Shown one piece after another: positions 1-9,085 of a stretch of 64,000 nucleotides of DNA. The notes beneath the pieces were generated by a model that searched no databases, was not told the origin of the DNA, and saw only the letters and a program-made list of their open reading frames with translations. Source of the stretch: Bryobacterales bacterium (GTDB taxonomy: Bacteria > Acidobacteriota > Terriglobia > Bryobacterales > UBA6623); contig CAXXKD010000001.1 of NCBI GenBank assembly GCA_963422375.2, forward strand, positions 160,001 to 224,000, in the 5' to 3' direction. Positions within the stretch are counted from its first letter, which is position 1; each line of letters opens with the position of its first letter. A program made the position numbers and the translations under genes.

Positions 1-394
1 ACCCCTAGGGCCGTGGCAAAGACCACAAGCAAGACAGTTCTGCAATGCATCAGTTTCCCCGCTGTTCTGATCCGGCCGACTGCCATCGGCACCGACCGCC
101 AACACAATCCTCGCGATAGCTCTTCATCCGTTGAACGCTGTCATGGACAGCTACCGCCTACAGTGTAACCCCCCGGTGCCGCCGGACCTGACCGACCGCG
201 CACGGGGATTGCCCTGTCCAGGATACCAAGGAGAGCGCAGCGGAAGTTGCGCGCCGCAGACCGGTCTGTACTATAGTGCTGACCAGCACGTCTTGAGTCG
301 TCAGCCTCGCTCCTGGCCGTTCGCGGGAGCGGGTTGCTGGCATGCTCCCCGGCCGCGGCCGGCAAAGGGCGTCTGCATCCGAGCGGCACCTACC

Positions 395-1819
395 ATGCAT
401 CGGCGCGGGCTACTCAGGACCGCATGGTCAGTAGCGAGCTGCCAGTGCCTCGGGCGCATGGCGGCGGCAGGTGCGGAGACCGGCATTTCGCTGGACCGCT
501 TCGGGGGCTGGACCGCCAGAAGATTCGAGGCCACCGGTTTCTTTCGAGTGGAAAAGGACGACCGGTGGTGGCTGGTTACCCCGGATGGTCACGCCTTCCT
601 CAGCTTTGGCATCAATCACCTCCACCCCGATCTGTGGGGCCAAGACTACAACCGTGCTTCTTGGGAGGCGCGTCTGCGTTTGGACGACCTGTCCGGGCCC
701 TCGTTTCGCGCAGCGCTGAGAGCTTGGTTCCTCGAGGCCTGTCGCGAGTACGGTTTCAATACGTTAGGCGTCCACGCCTCGCTGTCGATTGCGAACGCTC
801 CGCGACCGGCCTTGCCTTACATGCAGCCGATTCGATTCGTAAACATCCCGCACTGGGTCGACGAGGTTCCCGACGAGAATTTCGTGGACGTATTCGGTGA
901 GGAGTTCGCTCTCCATTGCGATGGGCTGGCTCGCGACCTAGCCGCGCCCGCGCGCACCGATCCATTCCTTCTCGGCTATGCCATGAGCGACTGCCCGTTG
1001 TTCACGGAGGAAGATTGCCGCGAACGCCCCGACGTCATAGGAGGGGCCCGGCGCAAGGCGCGAGTCGGCTGGCCGCGGCGGCTGCGGAACCTCGGAGAGG
1101 GCAGTCCTGGAAAGATTGCCTATGTCGAAACAATGAAGCTCCTGTATCGGGACGATATCTGCAGGTTCAACGCGACCTACGGTACTCGCTTCGGATCGTT
1201 CGATGCACTCGTGGCAGCCAAGCAGTGGCGCCTGCGAACTGATTTGTCCAACGGCAACGAGACCCGGGACAACGTCGAGTTTCTTAAGAGGGTCGTGGCT
1301 CGGTATTATCGGACGGCCCGCGACGCCATCCACCGGCACGATCCGAATCATCTATTCTTCGGCGACAAGATCAATGCCAATACGGACACACTCGACACCG
1401 TGCTGCCAGTGACCAGCCAGTTCACCGACGTCGTTTTCTATCAAATGTACGCCCGGTACGAGGTGCAGAAGCCCGGTCTCGACCGCTGGTCCGACAGTGT
1501 CGACAAGCCGTTCCTGAACGGCGACTCCGCGTTCACCATGATCACGGAGCAGATGCCGCGGCCTTACGGGCCCGTGGCCGACAGCGTGGAGCAGCGAGCC
1601 GAGTGGACCGAGGAGTTTTTCCGGAGCGCTTTCGCCCGTCCGGACTTCGTCGGCTGGCACTATTGCGGCCTGATCGACGCGCCGAACCAGATCGCGCGCA
1701 AGCAGGCGCGCCAGCATTCCGGACTGCTGGACGGTCATGGAAACCCGTATCCAGCGCTCAAGCAGGCAGTCGTGCGCTGCGCCTCCGACATGTACCGCAT
1801 TGCGCTGGGAAATGCGTGA
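395..1819 (+). CDS. Secreted glycoside hydrolase, beta-agarase/GH50-like
   Basis: Motifs GFFRVEKDDRWWLVTPDG, YGFNTLG, DPFLLGY, DPNHLFFGD, FVGWHYC resemble GH50-like TIM-barrel hydrolases. Start set at ATG 395 (MHRRGLL.., twin-arginine-like), not TTG 131. Confidence 0.6.
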   Translation: MHRRGLLRTAWSVASCQCLGRMAAAGAETGISLDRFGGWTARRFEATGFFRVEKDDRWWLVTPDGHAFLSFGINHLHPDLWGQDYNRASWEARLRLDDLSGPSFRAALRAWFLEACREYGFNTLGVHASLSIANAPRPALPYMQPIRFVNIPHWVDEVPDENFVDVFGEEFALHCDGLARDLAAPARTDPFLLGYAMSDCPLFTEEDCRERPDVIGGARRKARVGWPRRLRNLGEGSPGKIAYVETMKLLYRDDICRFNATYGTRFGSFDALVAAKQWRLRTDLSNGNETRDNVEFLKRVVARYYRTARDAIHRHDPNHLFFGDKINANTDTLDTVLPVTSQFTDVVFYQMYARYEVQKPGLDRWSDSVDKPFLNGDSAFTMITEQMPRPYGPVADSVEQRAEWTEEFFRSAFARPDFVGWHYCGLIDAPNQIARKQARQHSGLLDGHGNPYPALKQAVVRCASDMYRIALGNA

Positions 1820-2039
1820 AGCGCTGCTCTGCTGCCAAGCAGCCGCGGCCCGCGACGAGCGCCGCGAAGCCGCAAGGCTCGATTCATTCAGCCTCGGGCC
1901 CGTGGAGAGGGGCCGGAGCACAGCTATTCAAGTGCGTTGCGGTCCTTCCGTGCTTCGATTTTGGCGGTGTCTATGTCCGGCACGTTGAGGAGGTCGTCCA
2001 TTGACCGGAGGGGAGTGCTTGGCTAGGTAGTCGGCTAGC

Positions 2040-2530
2040 CGTGATTTTTCAACGGGTTGTCCAGGCGGTCCCGGCCGACGCAACGGAAGGTGCGCACCCA
2101 ACAGTCTTCCGCAGGGGAGCCCGAATGGACATCCATAGGCATGCCCGGTGGACCCCGCAGAGTCGAGTCGGCGTCGTCCGACGGGTGGTCGCGCAGGGGC
2201 AGACCCCGCCCGCTTTGGGCTCCTACTGCCGCCTCGGCAGCCCCGTCCGGTGCATCCTCACTGACCACGGCGGATGCTACTGTGCCGCGACCGGAGCCCC
2301 TCTTCACCAAGCCCTGCACGCCACAGACCAACGGCTAGGCCGGGCGCTGTCTCCAGACCGCGCTGTGCGCGGGGGACTGCGCCTGCGCCTAGGACACCTC
2401 GGACCAGCCACCGGCCCCTCCCAATCTTGATTCCACCGCTACAGTGGGCAGCGGCCGCACGCCAGTCTCCTAGCTAGGCCGCCCAGCAGCAGACTCCGCC
2501 TGGCCGGGGACAACCTGTTGAGGTGCCACA
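2040..2530 (+). mobile_element. IS481-family element, internally deleted and degenerate
   Basis: N-terminus MDIHRHARWTP (ATG 2125), core fragments LTDHGGCY and FTKPCTPQTNG, C-terminus NLLRCHT*. Imperfect IRs CGTGATTTTTCAACGGGTTGTCC / GGACAACCTGTTGAGGTGCCACA. Flanks GCTAGC / CCTAGC match the NCTAGN target typical of IS481. Confidence 0.85.
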
Positions 2531-2616
2531 CCTAGCATCAGCAGCTTTTTGTCCCTGGCCTTGACGCCCAAGCCGGCCATCTTGGTCGGCGTCGCCGCCC
2601 AGCCGTTCTTGCCCTA

Positions 2617-3069
2617 GGGCCTGTTAACGCTACCGCAGCGCATCGACGATGAGCACGAAGACGAGGCAGCCGAGGAAGATGACGTCGCGTTTCTCGAAAC
2701 GCGAGAAGATACGGCGGAAGCCCTTGAGGCGTCGGAAGAGACGCTCGACTTCGTTGCGCCGCTTGTACGGTTCCCTGGCGTACTCCCAAGGTTCGACGCG
2801 GTTGCGTTGCGGCGGAACCACGGGCACGCAGCCCAGATCGAGGACCAGTTGACGGGTGGCGTTGTCCGCGTATGCCCGCTCCATGATCAGCGCCGGGCTG
2901 TGCGCGGGCTGCGGCAGCGTGTTCAGGAGCTTGCGGCCCTCCGGGGCGTCCTGGGCGTTGCCCGGGGAGAGCGTGCAGGCCACTGCCGTGCGAGCGTCCG
3001 CGGCAACCCTATGCATCTTGGGGTGCCATCCGCCGCGGGACTTGCCGATGGCTTGCGGACCGTTTTTTA
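2617..3069 (-). mobile_element. IS5-family transposase, C-terminal part, truncated by IS1595
   Basis: KNGPQAIGKSRGG..ERAY..YKRRNEVERLFRRLKGFRRIFSRFEK. End GGGCCTGTTAAC sits next to CTAG. The 5' half is missing at the IS1595 junction. Confidence 0.85.
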
Positions 3070-4599
3070 GGGAATTATATATCTGAGTGCCGAGGGAATC
3101 AAGTCGGCAAATTATCAAGCCATAATAAGATTTCATATTTCTTCCGACTTTCCGTTGATATTCTGTGGTGTTTATTGGTAGAATAGTTCCAGTAGTGGAT
3201 ACCGTAAATGAAGAAACAAGGTCCCGGAAAGTGGTTCCGTAAAGGCATCACATTGATCGAAGTGATCGCCATGTTCCCCGATGACGAATCCGCGGAAAGA
3301 TGGTTCGCTGCCATGCGCTGGCCGGACGGCCACGCGTGCCCCCACTGCCGCGGATCCAGCGTGCAGTCCGGCGCGGCCCACCCTTCGATGCCGTACCGTT
3401 GCCGCGGCTGCGGCAAGCGCTTTTCGGTGCGCACCGGCAGCGTGATGGCCGACACCAAGCTCGGCTACCGCACCCGGGCCGTCGCCCTGTTCCTGCTGGC
3501 CACCGGCATTAAGGGCGTCTCGAGCATGAAGCTGCACCGCGATCCGGGCATCAGCCGGAAGTCGGCCTGGCACCTGGCGCACCGCATCCGCGCGTGCTGG
3601 GAGCGCGCACAGGGCCTGTTCGCCGGCCCGGTGGAGGTGGACGAGACCTACGTCGGCGGCAAGGAGCGCAACAAGAAGGAGCGCAACCAGCACGAGAGCA
3701 AGAAGGCCCGCGCCGGGCGCGGGCCCGTCGGCAAGACCCCGGTGGCGGGGGCGCGGGACCGCGCCACGAACGCAGTGGCCGCGCGGCCGCTGCCGGGCAC
3801 CGCCGAGGGCGACCTGCAGGGCTTCGTGCGCGGCCGGGTCGCGCCGGGCGCGCAGCTCCGCTCCGACGAGGCGGCGGCCTGCGCCGGCATGGCGGAGTTC
3901 GCGCACGAAGCCGTCCAGCATTCCGGCGGCGAGTACGTGCGCGGGGCGGCGCATACGAACGGCATCGAGTCGTTTTGGTCCCTGTTCAAGCGCGGCCTCT
4001 ACGGAACCTATCACCGGATGAGCGTCCGTCATCCGGGTCGCTACCTCACGGAGTTCGCGGGACGGTGCAACGACCGCGACTGCGACACGGCGGAACGGAT
4101 GCGGCGCATGGCGCGGGGCCTGGTCGGCCGGACGCTGACCTACCGGCAGCTGACCGGCAAGGCCGCGGTCGCGGCCCGAGCGGCGCCCTCCGAGCTGAGC
4201 GCCGCAGCCCGCTGCCGACGCACTCTTCACGCTCGATGCGCTTCACGCTCGGTGCGAGGGGCGCGCCGGATCTGGAATCCCCCGGCGCGACCCGAGTCCG
4301 GCCCGGACCATCCATGCAGGCCGTCGAGCGCCGGGGATCCGCTGTCTTCGGCCCTCGGAGGGCACGCAAGCGGCTTGCAAGGGGTGCCCTCCACCGCAAA
4401 CCGGATTCCACCGGGCATGCGAGGGGGCCTCTCTTATCCGTGCCTCGTCCATTCCGCTGGCAGGTTCGATTCAGATACGATCCCACCTTTCCGTGCCTAC
4501 CGCGGCTGCATTCGAATGACCCGAGCCAGATGCCGACCTCCCTGCTCAGAGCAGTTCTAGTCGGACATGGCGTTGTCGGCACTCAGATATATAATTCCC
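3070..4599 (+). mobile_element. IS1595-family element, copy 1, both ends present
   Basis: 24-bp TIR GGGAATTATATATCTGAGTGCCGA at 3070 and its inverse ending at 4599. TTTTTTA on both flanks. Confidence 0.95.
3208..4179 (+). pseudogene. IS1595 transposase (Zn ribbon + ISXO2-like DDE); stop lost, ORF reads through to 4560
   Basis: CPHC..YRCRGC, VEVDETY, SDE, HTNGIESFWSLFKRG. The TGA present in copies 2 and 4 is CGA here (4177-4179). Confidence 0.85.
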
Positions 4600-4607
4600 T
4601 TTTTTAA

Positions 4608-5030
4608 TTGAATGGCGGCAACATCCGCGGGGACACCGCTGCGGGAGTTGCCTTGCGCCCCAATCTCACAGGTGCGTCATTCAAGTCCTCCAGCCAAGGC
4701 CAAGCCTCGACGGCCGGCGTGATCGGATTCGACTGGCTCAACGAAGATGCCTTCGAGACTCCGGCACCATTCACTCTGGGGAACGCGGGACGGACTCTCC
4801 TGGGAATTCGAGGACCGGCCCGAGTCAACTTCGACGTGATGCTAGCGAAGAACTTCCGCTGGGGCGAGGGATGGCGGGCGCGCTTCAGCGTGGAAGCCTA
4901 CGACTTCACCAACACGTCTGCGTTCAACATCCCGAATATCACGCTGGACAGTGGGAGCTTCGGGATTGTATCCGGCACGCTGCCCAGCAGTCGCAGAATC
5001 ATGCAGATGGGGCTGCAGATTACCTTCTAG
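4608..5030 (+). pseudogene. C-terminal fragment of Oar-like TonB-dependent receptor
   Basis: RPNL..AF..PAPFTLGNAGR..GP..VNFD..LAKNF..F.VEAY.FTN..F..P..FG..RIMQMGLQITF*. The 5' part is lost at the IS end. Confidence 0.85.
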
Positions 5031-5179
5031 CAAGTGTCAGCTCAAGCCGATTCTCTCTTGGCGGCTGGGACCGACGAGACTCGTCTGTTCCGGCCGCCTT
5101 TCTCAACCAAGCGGCCCGGCGGCGTCGTGGTCGCGAGACGCGTCTTGGGCCCTGCCCTCATCTGGTCGGCAGCGAGCTA

Positions 5180-5434
5180 GTGCCCGTGACAAAACTCGTA
5201 TCACCTTGAAAAAAAAGGTGTTAGATCCAATCTGTCAAGGCGAAGATTTCGCTGGAATGCTACGACTAGTCCGAAATCCTGGCGATTCTGCGTAGAGGGC
5301 GGAAATCTTCGCGATTGGCGGCTGAGCAACTTCCGACCTTGGGCCTTATATGTTGTGTTGGGAGCTTCAACTGACCTCAGGATGTAGTATGAAATGCTGA
5401 TCGGGCCAGAATTCAGGGGTTTTGTCACAAGCAC
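5180..5434 (+). mobile_element. 255-bp MITE (IS1182/IS5-like ends)
   Basis: IRs GTGCCCGTGACAAAAC / GTTTTGTCACAAGCAC. Perfect flanking direct repeat GAGCTA (5174-5179, 5435-5440). The left ~150 bp recur inverted at 59750-59897. Confidence 0.8.
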
Positions 5435-6008
5435 GAGCTAAGAGCGCTGTCGGTGTTCCCGAGGGCGCCCGCGTTCCGCATTCCTTGATCGCTCGAGCCT
5501 CGGTGCCGGGCCCGACCCGGGCTAGGCGGTAGATTCGCGCCGACTGTACTCCCCCCGCCTCACCGGCCTGCAACTCCCGAAGGACGGCCGCAGCCAGCGC
5601 GGTCGGAGGCATGGGAGGCTGCTCGGTTGAGGTATGCGCGGATTCGGGTCACGTCCCGAACGCGAGCGACGGTGCAGCCCAAGCCGGAACGGGCGTTGCC
5701 CGCGGAGGCTGGCCGAGGCGTCCTAATGCCGGACGTCCCCTTCCCCGACCTTGGCGGCGATGAATCCGCTGCGGCTGCCCTGCGTCGTCAGCCACGTCCA
5801 TTGGACCGCCTTCGGGCCTTCCGCGGCCGGATTGAGGGCCAACTGGACCCGCTTGCAGTGTAGTCGGTCGCTCCGACCGAGGTCGAGAGGGCGCAACCCC
5901 GATCCGGCATTCCCCTACGGCTACATTCTGGTAGAGTAATGTACTAGACAGCACAGCTTATCCCGAATACGGCGCAGGCTGTATGAATGGTGATCGGAAG
6001 GTAATTGG

Positions 6009-8822
6009 ATGACAGAACACGATTCTCCCGGGAACATCGGCCGAGGCCTCGGAGCGGCGGGCCACCTGCTAGCGGCCGGCGCTCTGGCCGCTTGCTTGTT
6101 GGTCATAGTGGTTCAGCCCGCAGGCGCTCAGGAGTGCCTAGAGGCGACGGTGGTCGACCCGTCCGGGGCGGCGGTCGCCAACGCCACGGTGTTGATCGGC
6201 GCGAGCGAGCGGCCGACCGACGATCTCGGAGTTGCAACGTTTTGCGGGCTCGGCGATGGCCCGCACTCGGTGGTCGCCGTCGCCCCGGGCTTGGCGCCGG
6301 CGGAAATCACGGTGACGCAATCGTCTGGTGCCGTGCGGATCCCTCTAGCGCTCGAGACCGTGACCGACCAGATCGTGGTGATCGGAAGTCGCACCGAAGG
6401 TCGCACAGTGCTCGAGTCGGCCGTTCCCGTCGACATAGTCGCCAGCGACGAATTCTCGCAGCAAGGAGACGTCGACGTAGCGAACCAGTTGCGCAACACC
6501 GTGCCGTCGTTCAACGTCAACATGAACCCCATCAGCGACGCCGGCACGATCGTCAGGCCGGCCAGCCTGCGCAATCTTGCTCCCGACCACACGCTCTTGC
6601 TCGTGAATGGCAAGCGTCGCCACCGCGCCGCCGTGATTCACTGGCTCGCCAGCGGGCCTACCGACGGTGCTCAGGGGCCCGACCTCGCGCCGATTCCGTC
6701 AATCGCCATTCAGCGCGCGGAGGTGCTTCGCGACGGCGCGTCCGCGCAGTACGGATCCGACGCCATCGCCGGCGTGCTGAATTTCGTTCTGAAAGACGCG
6801 TCCCAAGGCGGCACCATCCAAGTGACGGCCGGCGGCTACGGGGCGGGCGACGGGCAGAGCCTCACCTTTGCCGGCAATGTCGGCCTGCCGCTCGGGGAGG
6901 GCGGCTTCGCCAACCTGAGTCTCGAGTACGGCAACTCGGACCCCACCGACCGCGCCGTGCAGCGCTACGACGCGACCCAGCTCATTGCCAACGGCAACAC
7001 ACACGTTCGGAGCCCTACGGCCCAGATCTGGGGCCAGCCCCGTATCGACGACGACGTCAAGTTCTTCGGCAATTTCGGCAAGTACGTAGGCGGCACGACC
7101 CAGATCTACGCCCATACGAACTATGCCAGCAAGCACGTCGACGGCGGCTTCTACTTCCGCAATCCACACACGCGAGGCGGCGTCTTCAGCGGCGACGGCG
7201 GGCAGACGCTGCTGGTCGGCGACATGCTCGACGCCCGGGACGGCACCTTGGACGGCTCGGCCGGCTGCCCGACGGTGCGGGTCGGCGGCGGCCGGATCCT
7301 CGATCCGGACAACTACCAGAGCGTGCTCGACGATCCGAACTGCTTCACCTTCCACCAGCCTTTCGCCGGCGCTCCGAACGGGAAGCCGGGCGGCTTCACG
7401 CCGCAGTTTGGCGGTGACTCCCAGGACAGCTCGATCGTGGCCGGCTTGCGCGGCACGTTTGCGCCGAACCTGATCTGGGACGCCAGCCTCAGTCTCGGCA
7501 CCAACTTCATCGACTTCGTCATCTACAACACGGTAAATGCCTCGATGGGCCCGGAGTCCCCGACGGAATTCGATCCCGGCAACTCCAGGCAGCAGGACAC
7601 GAATATCAACTTCGACATCGCCTACGCCGCCTCTGATAACCTGCACCTCGCGACGGGCTTCGAATGGCGGAACGAGGAGTTCACGATCGAGGCCGGCGAG
7701 CCGGCGTCGTGGCAGTTCGGCCCGCTCGCCCCGCAAGGCTTCAGCGCCGCTTCGAACGGATTTCCCGGCTTCAGCCCCGTCGCCGAGGGGAGCTGGGGCC
7801 GCAGCAACTACGCCGTCTACGGAGATATCGAGCTGGGCGGGGCGGACAGCCGCTACACGGTCGGCGGCGCGGTTCGCGCCGAGAGGTTCAGCGATTTCGG
7901 CACGACCGTCAACTACAAGGTCTCGGCCCGCGGCGAACTGACGGACTTCTTTGCGTTGCGCGGCGGCGGCAGCAGCGGCTTCCGTGCGCCGACGCCCGGA
8001 CAGCAGAACGCGTTCAACGTTACTTCGGAATTCAACGCGGACGTCGGAGACATCATTAACAATGGCACGATCCCGTCCATCTCGGAGGTAGCCAAGCTGG
8101 TCGGAGGCCAGGCGCTGAAGCCCGAGAGGTCGCGCAACTACACCGTCGGCTCGGTCGTCGAGAAGGGGCAGTTCAGCCTCACTACCGACTACTTCCATAT
8201 CGACCTATTCGACCGACTGACCATCTCGCAGCGGTTCTCCCTGCGGCCGGAGCAGGTCGACGCGCTCGTGGCCGAGGGCATTACCAGCGCGGCTAACCTC
8301 GGCACGTTCCGCTTCTTCACGAACCAGATCGAGACTTCGACGCAGGGCGTGGACGTGGTGGCGACGTACGCACCCGAATCGCTTGACGGCAAGACCGTGT
8401 TCAGCTTCCTGTGGAATCACACCAAGACAGCAGTCATCAGCCAAGAGTCGGACATCCTGAGCGAACGGGAAATCCACTTGTTCGAGAACGCGTTCCCGGA
8501 GACCCGCTGGAGTTTCACCTTGCGCCAGAACGAACGGCGCTTCCGCGTCATGGCGCGCCTGAACTACTGGGGCGACTTCTACGACAAGGACGACGCCCGC
8601 AACTACGGGAGCGAGTATCTCATCGATCTCGAGCTCACCTACAAGCTGACCGAGTCGTTCTCCCTGTCGGGGGGCGGCCAGAACATCTTGAACAACTACC
8701 CCGAGCAGAACCCAGACGCGTTCATCGGTCTAGGAAACCTCTACCCGCAGACCGCACCGTTCGGCTTCAACGGAGGGTACTACTACATGCGCCTGACCTA
8801 CAACTGGGGTGCCAGCTTCTAG
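6009..8822 (+). CDS. TonB-dependent receptor with N-terminal carboxypeptidase-regulatory-like domain
   Basis: Signal peptide, IVVIGSR TonB box, plug motifs LLLVNGKRRH and EVLRDGASAQYGSDAIAGVLNFVLK, GFRAPT, C-terminal aromatic beta-strand. Confidence 0.95.
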   Translation: MTEHDSPGNIGRGLGAAGHLLAAGALAACLLVIVVQPAGAQECLEATVVDPSGAAVANATVLIGASERPTDDLGVATFCGLGDGPHSVVAVAPGLAPAEITVTQSSGAVRIPLALETVTDQIVVIGSRTEGRTVLESAVPVDIVASDEFSQQGDVDVANQLRNTVPSFNVNMNPISDAGTIVRPASLRNLAPDHTLLLVNGKRRHRAAVIHWLASGPTDGAQGPDLAPIPSIAIQRAEVLRDGASAQYGSDAIAGVLNFVLKDASQGGTIQVTAGGYGAGDGQSLTFAGNVGLPLGEGGFANLSLEYGNSDPTDRAVQRYDATQLIANGNTHVRSPTAQIWGQPRIDDDVKFFGNFGKYVGGTTQIYAHTNYASKHVDGGFYFRNPHTRGGVFSGDGGQTLLVGDMLDARDGTLDGSAGCPTVRVGGGRILDPDNYQSVLDDPNCFTFHQPFAGAPNGKPGGFTPQFGGDSQDSSIVAGLRGTFAPNLIWDASLSLGTNFIDFVIYNTVNASMGPESPTEFDPGNSRQQDTNINFDIAYAASDNLHLATGFEWRNEEFTIEAGEPASWQFGPLAPQGFSAASNGFPGFSPVAEGSWGRSNYAVYGDIELGGADSRYTVGGAVRAERFSDFGTTVNYKVSARGELTDFFALRGGGSSGFRAPTPGQQNAFNVTSEFNADVGDIINNGTIPSISEVAKLVGGQALKPERSRNYTVGSVVEKGQFSLTTDYFHIDLFDRLTISQRFSLRPEQVDALVAEGITSAANLGTFRFFTNQIETSTQGVDVVATYAPESLDGKTVFSFLWNHTKTAVISQESDILSEREIHLFENAFPETRWSFTLRQNERRFRVMARLNYWGDFYDKDDARNYGSEYLIDLELTYKLTESFSLSGGGQNILNNYPEQNPDAFIGLGNLYPQTAPFGFNGGYYYMRLTYNWGASF

Positions 8823-9085
8823 CCCGAATTCGCCGATTGGGGAACCTGATGGCTCGCGAAGCACAGCACGGCAAATGTGTAGGGAATCTGGACGGTCGCA
8901 GTTGGCACCACGAGGTCTGCCGAGACCGGATCACGCCGCTATGCCCTGCAAGAGAGTCACGCCGGTTCCTTCCCGCTCGGCTGGCGCGCAGGTCAGGGAA
9001 TGAGACGTCTCGAGACAGCTTGCCCCGAGGGCAGGTCGCAAGATCGAAAGGGGTAGGAGTTGATCGAAACATCTTCCTAGCTTGA

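Noticed and set aside
1..130. Possible IS5-like end CTAGGGCCGTGGCAAA at the window start
   Set aside because: No convincing transposase translation, and context is cut by the window edge.
4180..4560. C-terminal extension of the 450-aa transposase ORF as an extra domain
   Set aside because: It results from TGA>CGA read-through; copies 2 and 4 stop at this position.
8823..9085. Cobalamin or other riboswitch between the TonB receptors
   Set aside because: No B12 box or other recognisable consensus found by eye; an Infernal search would be decisive.
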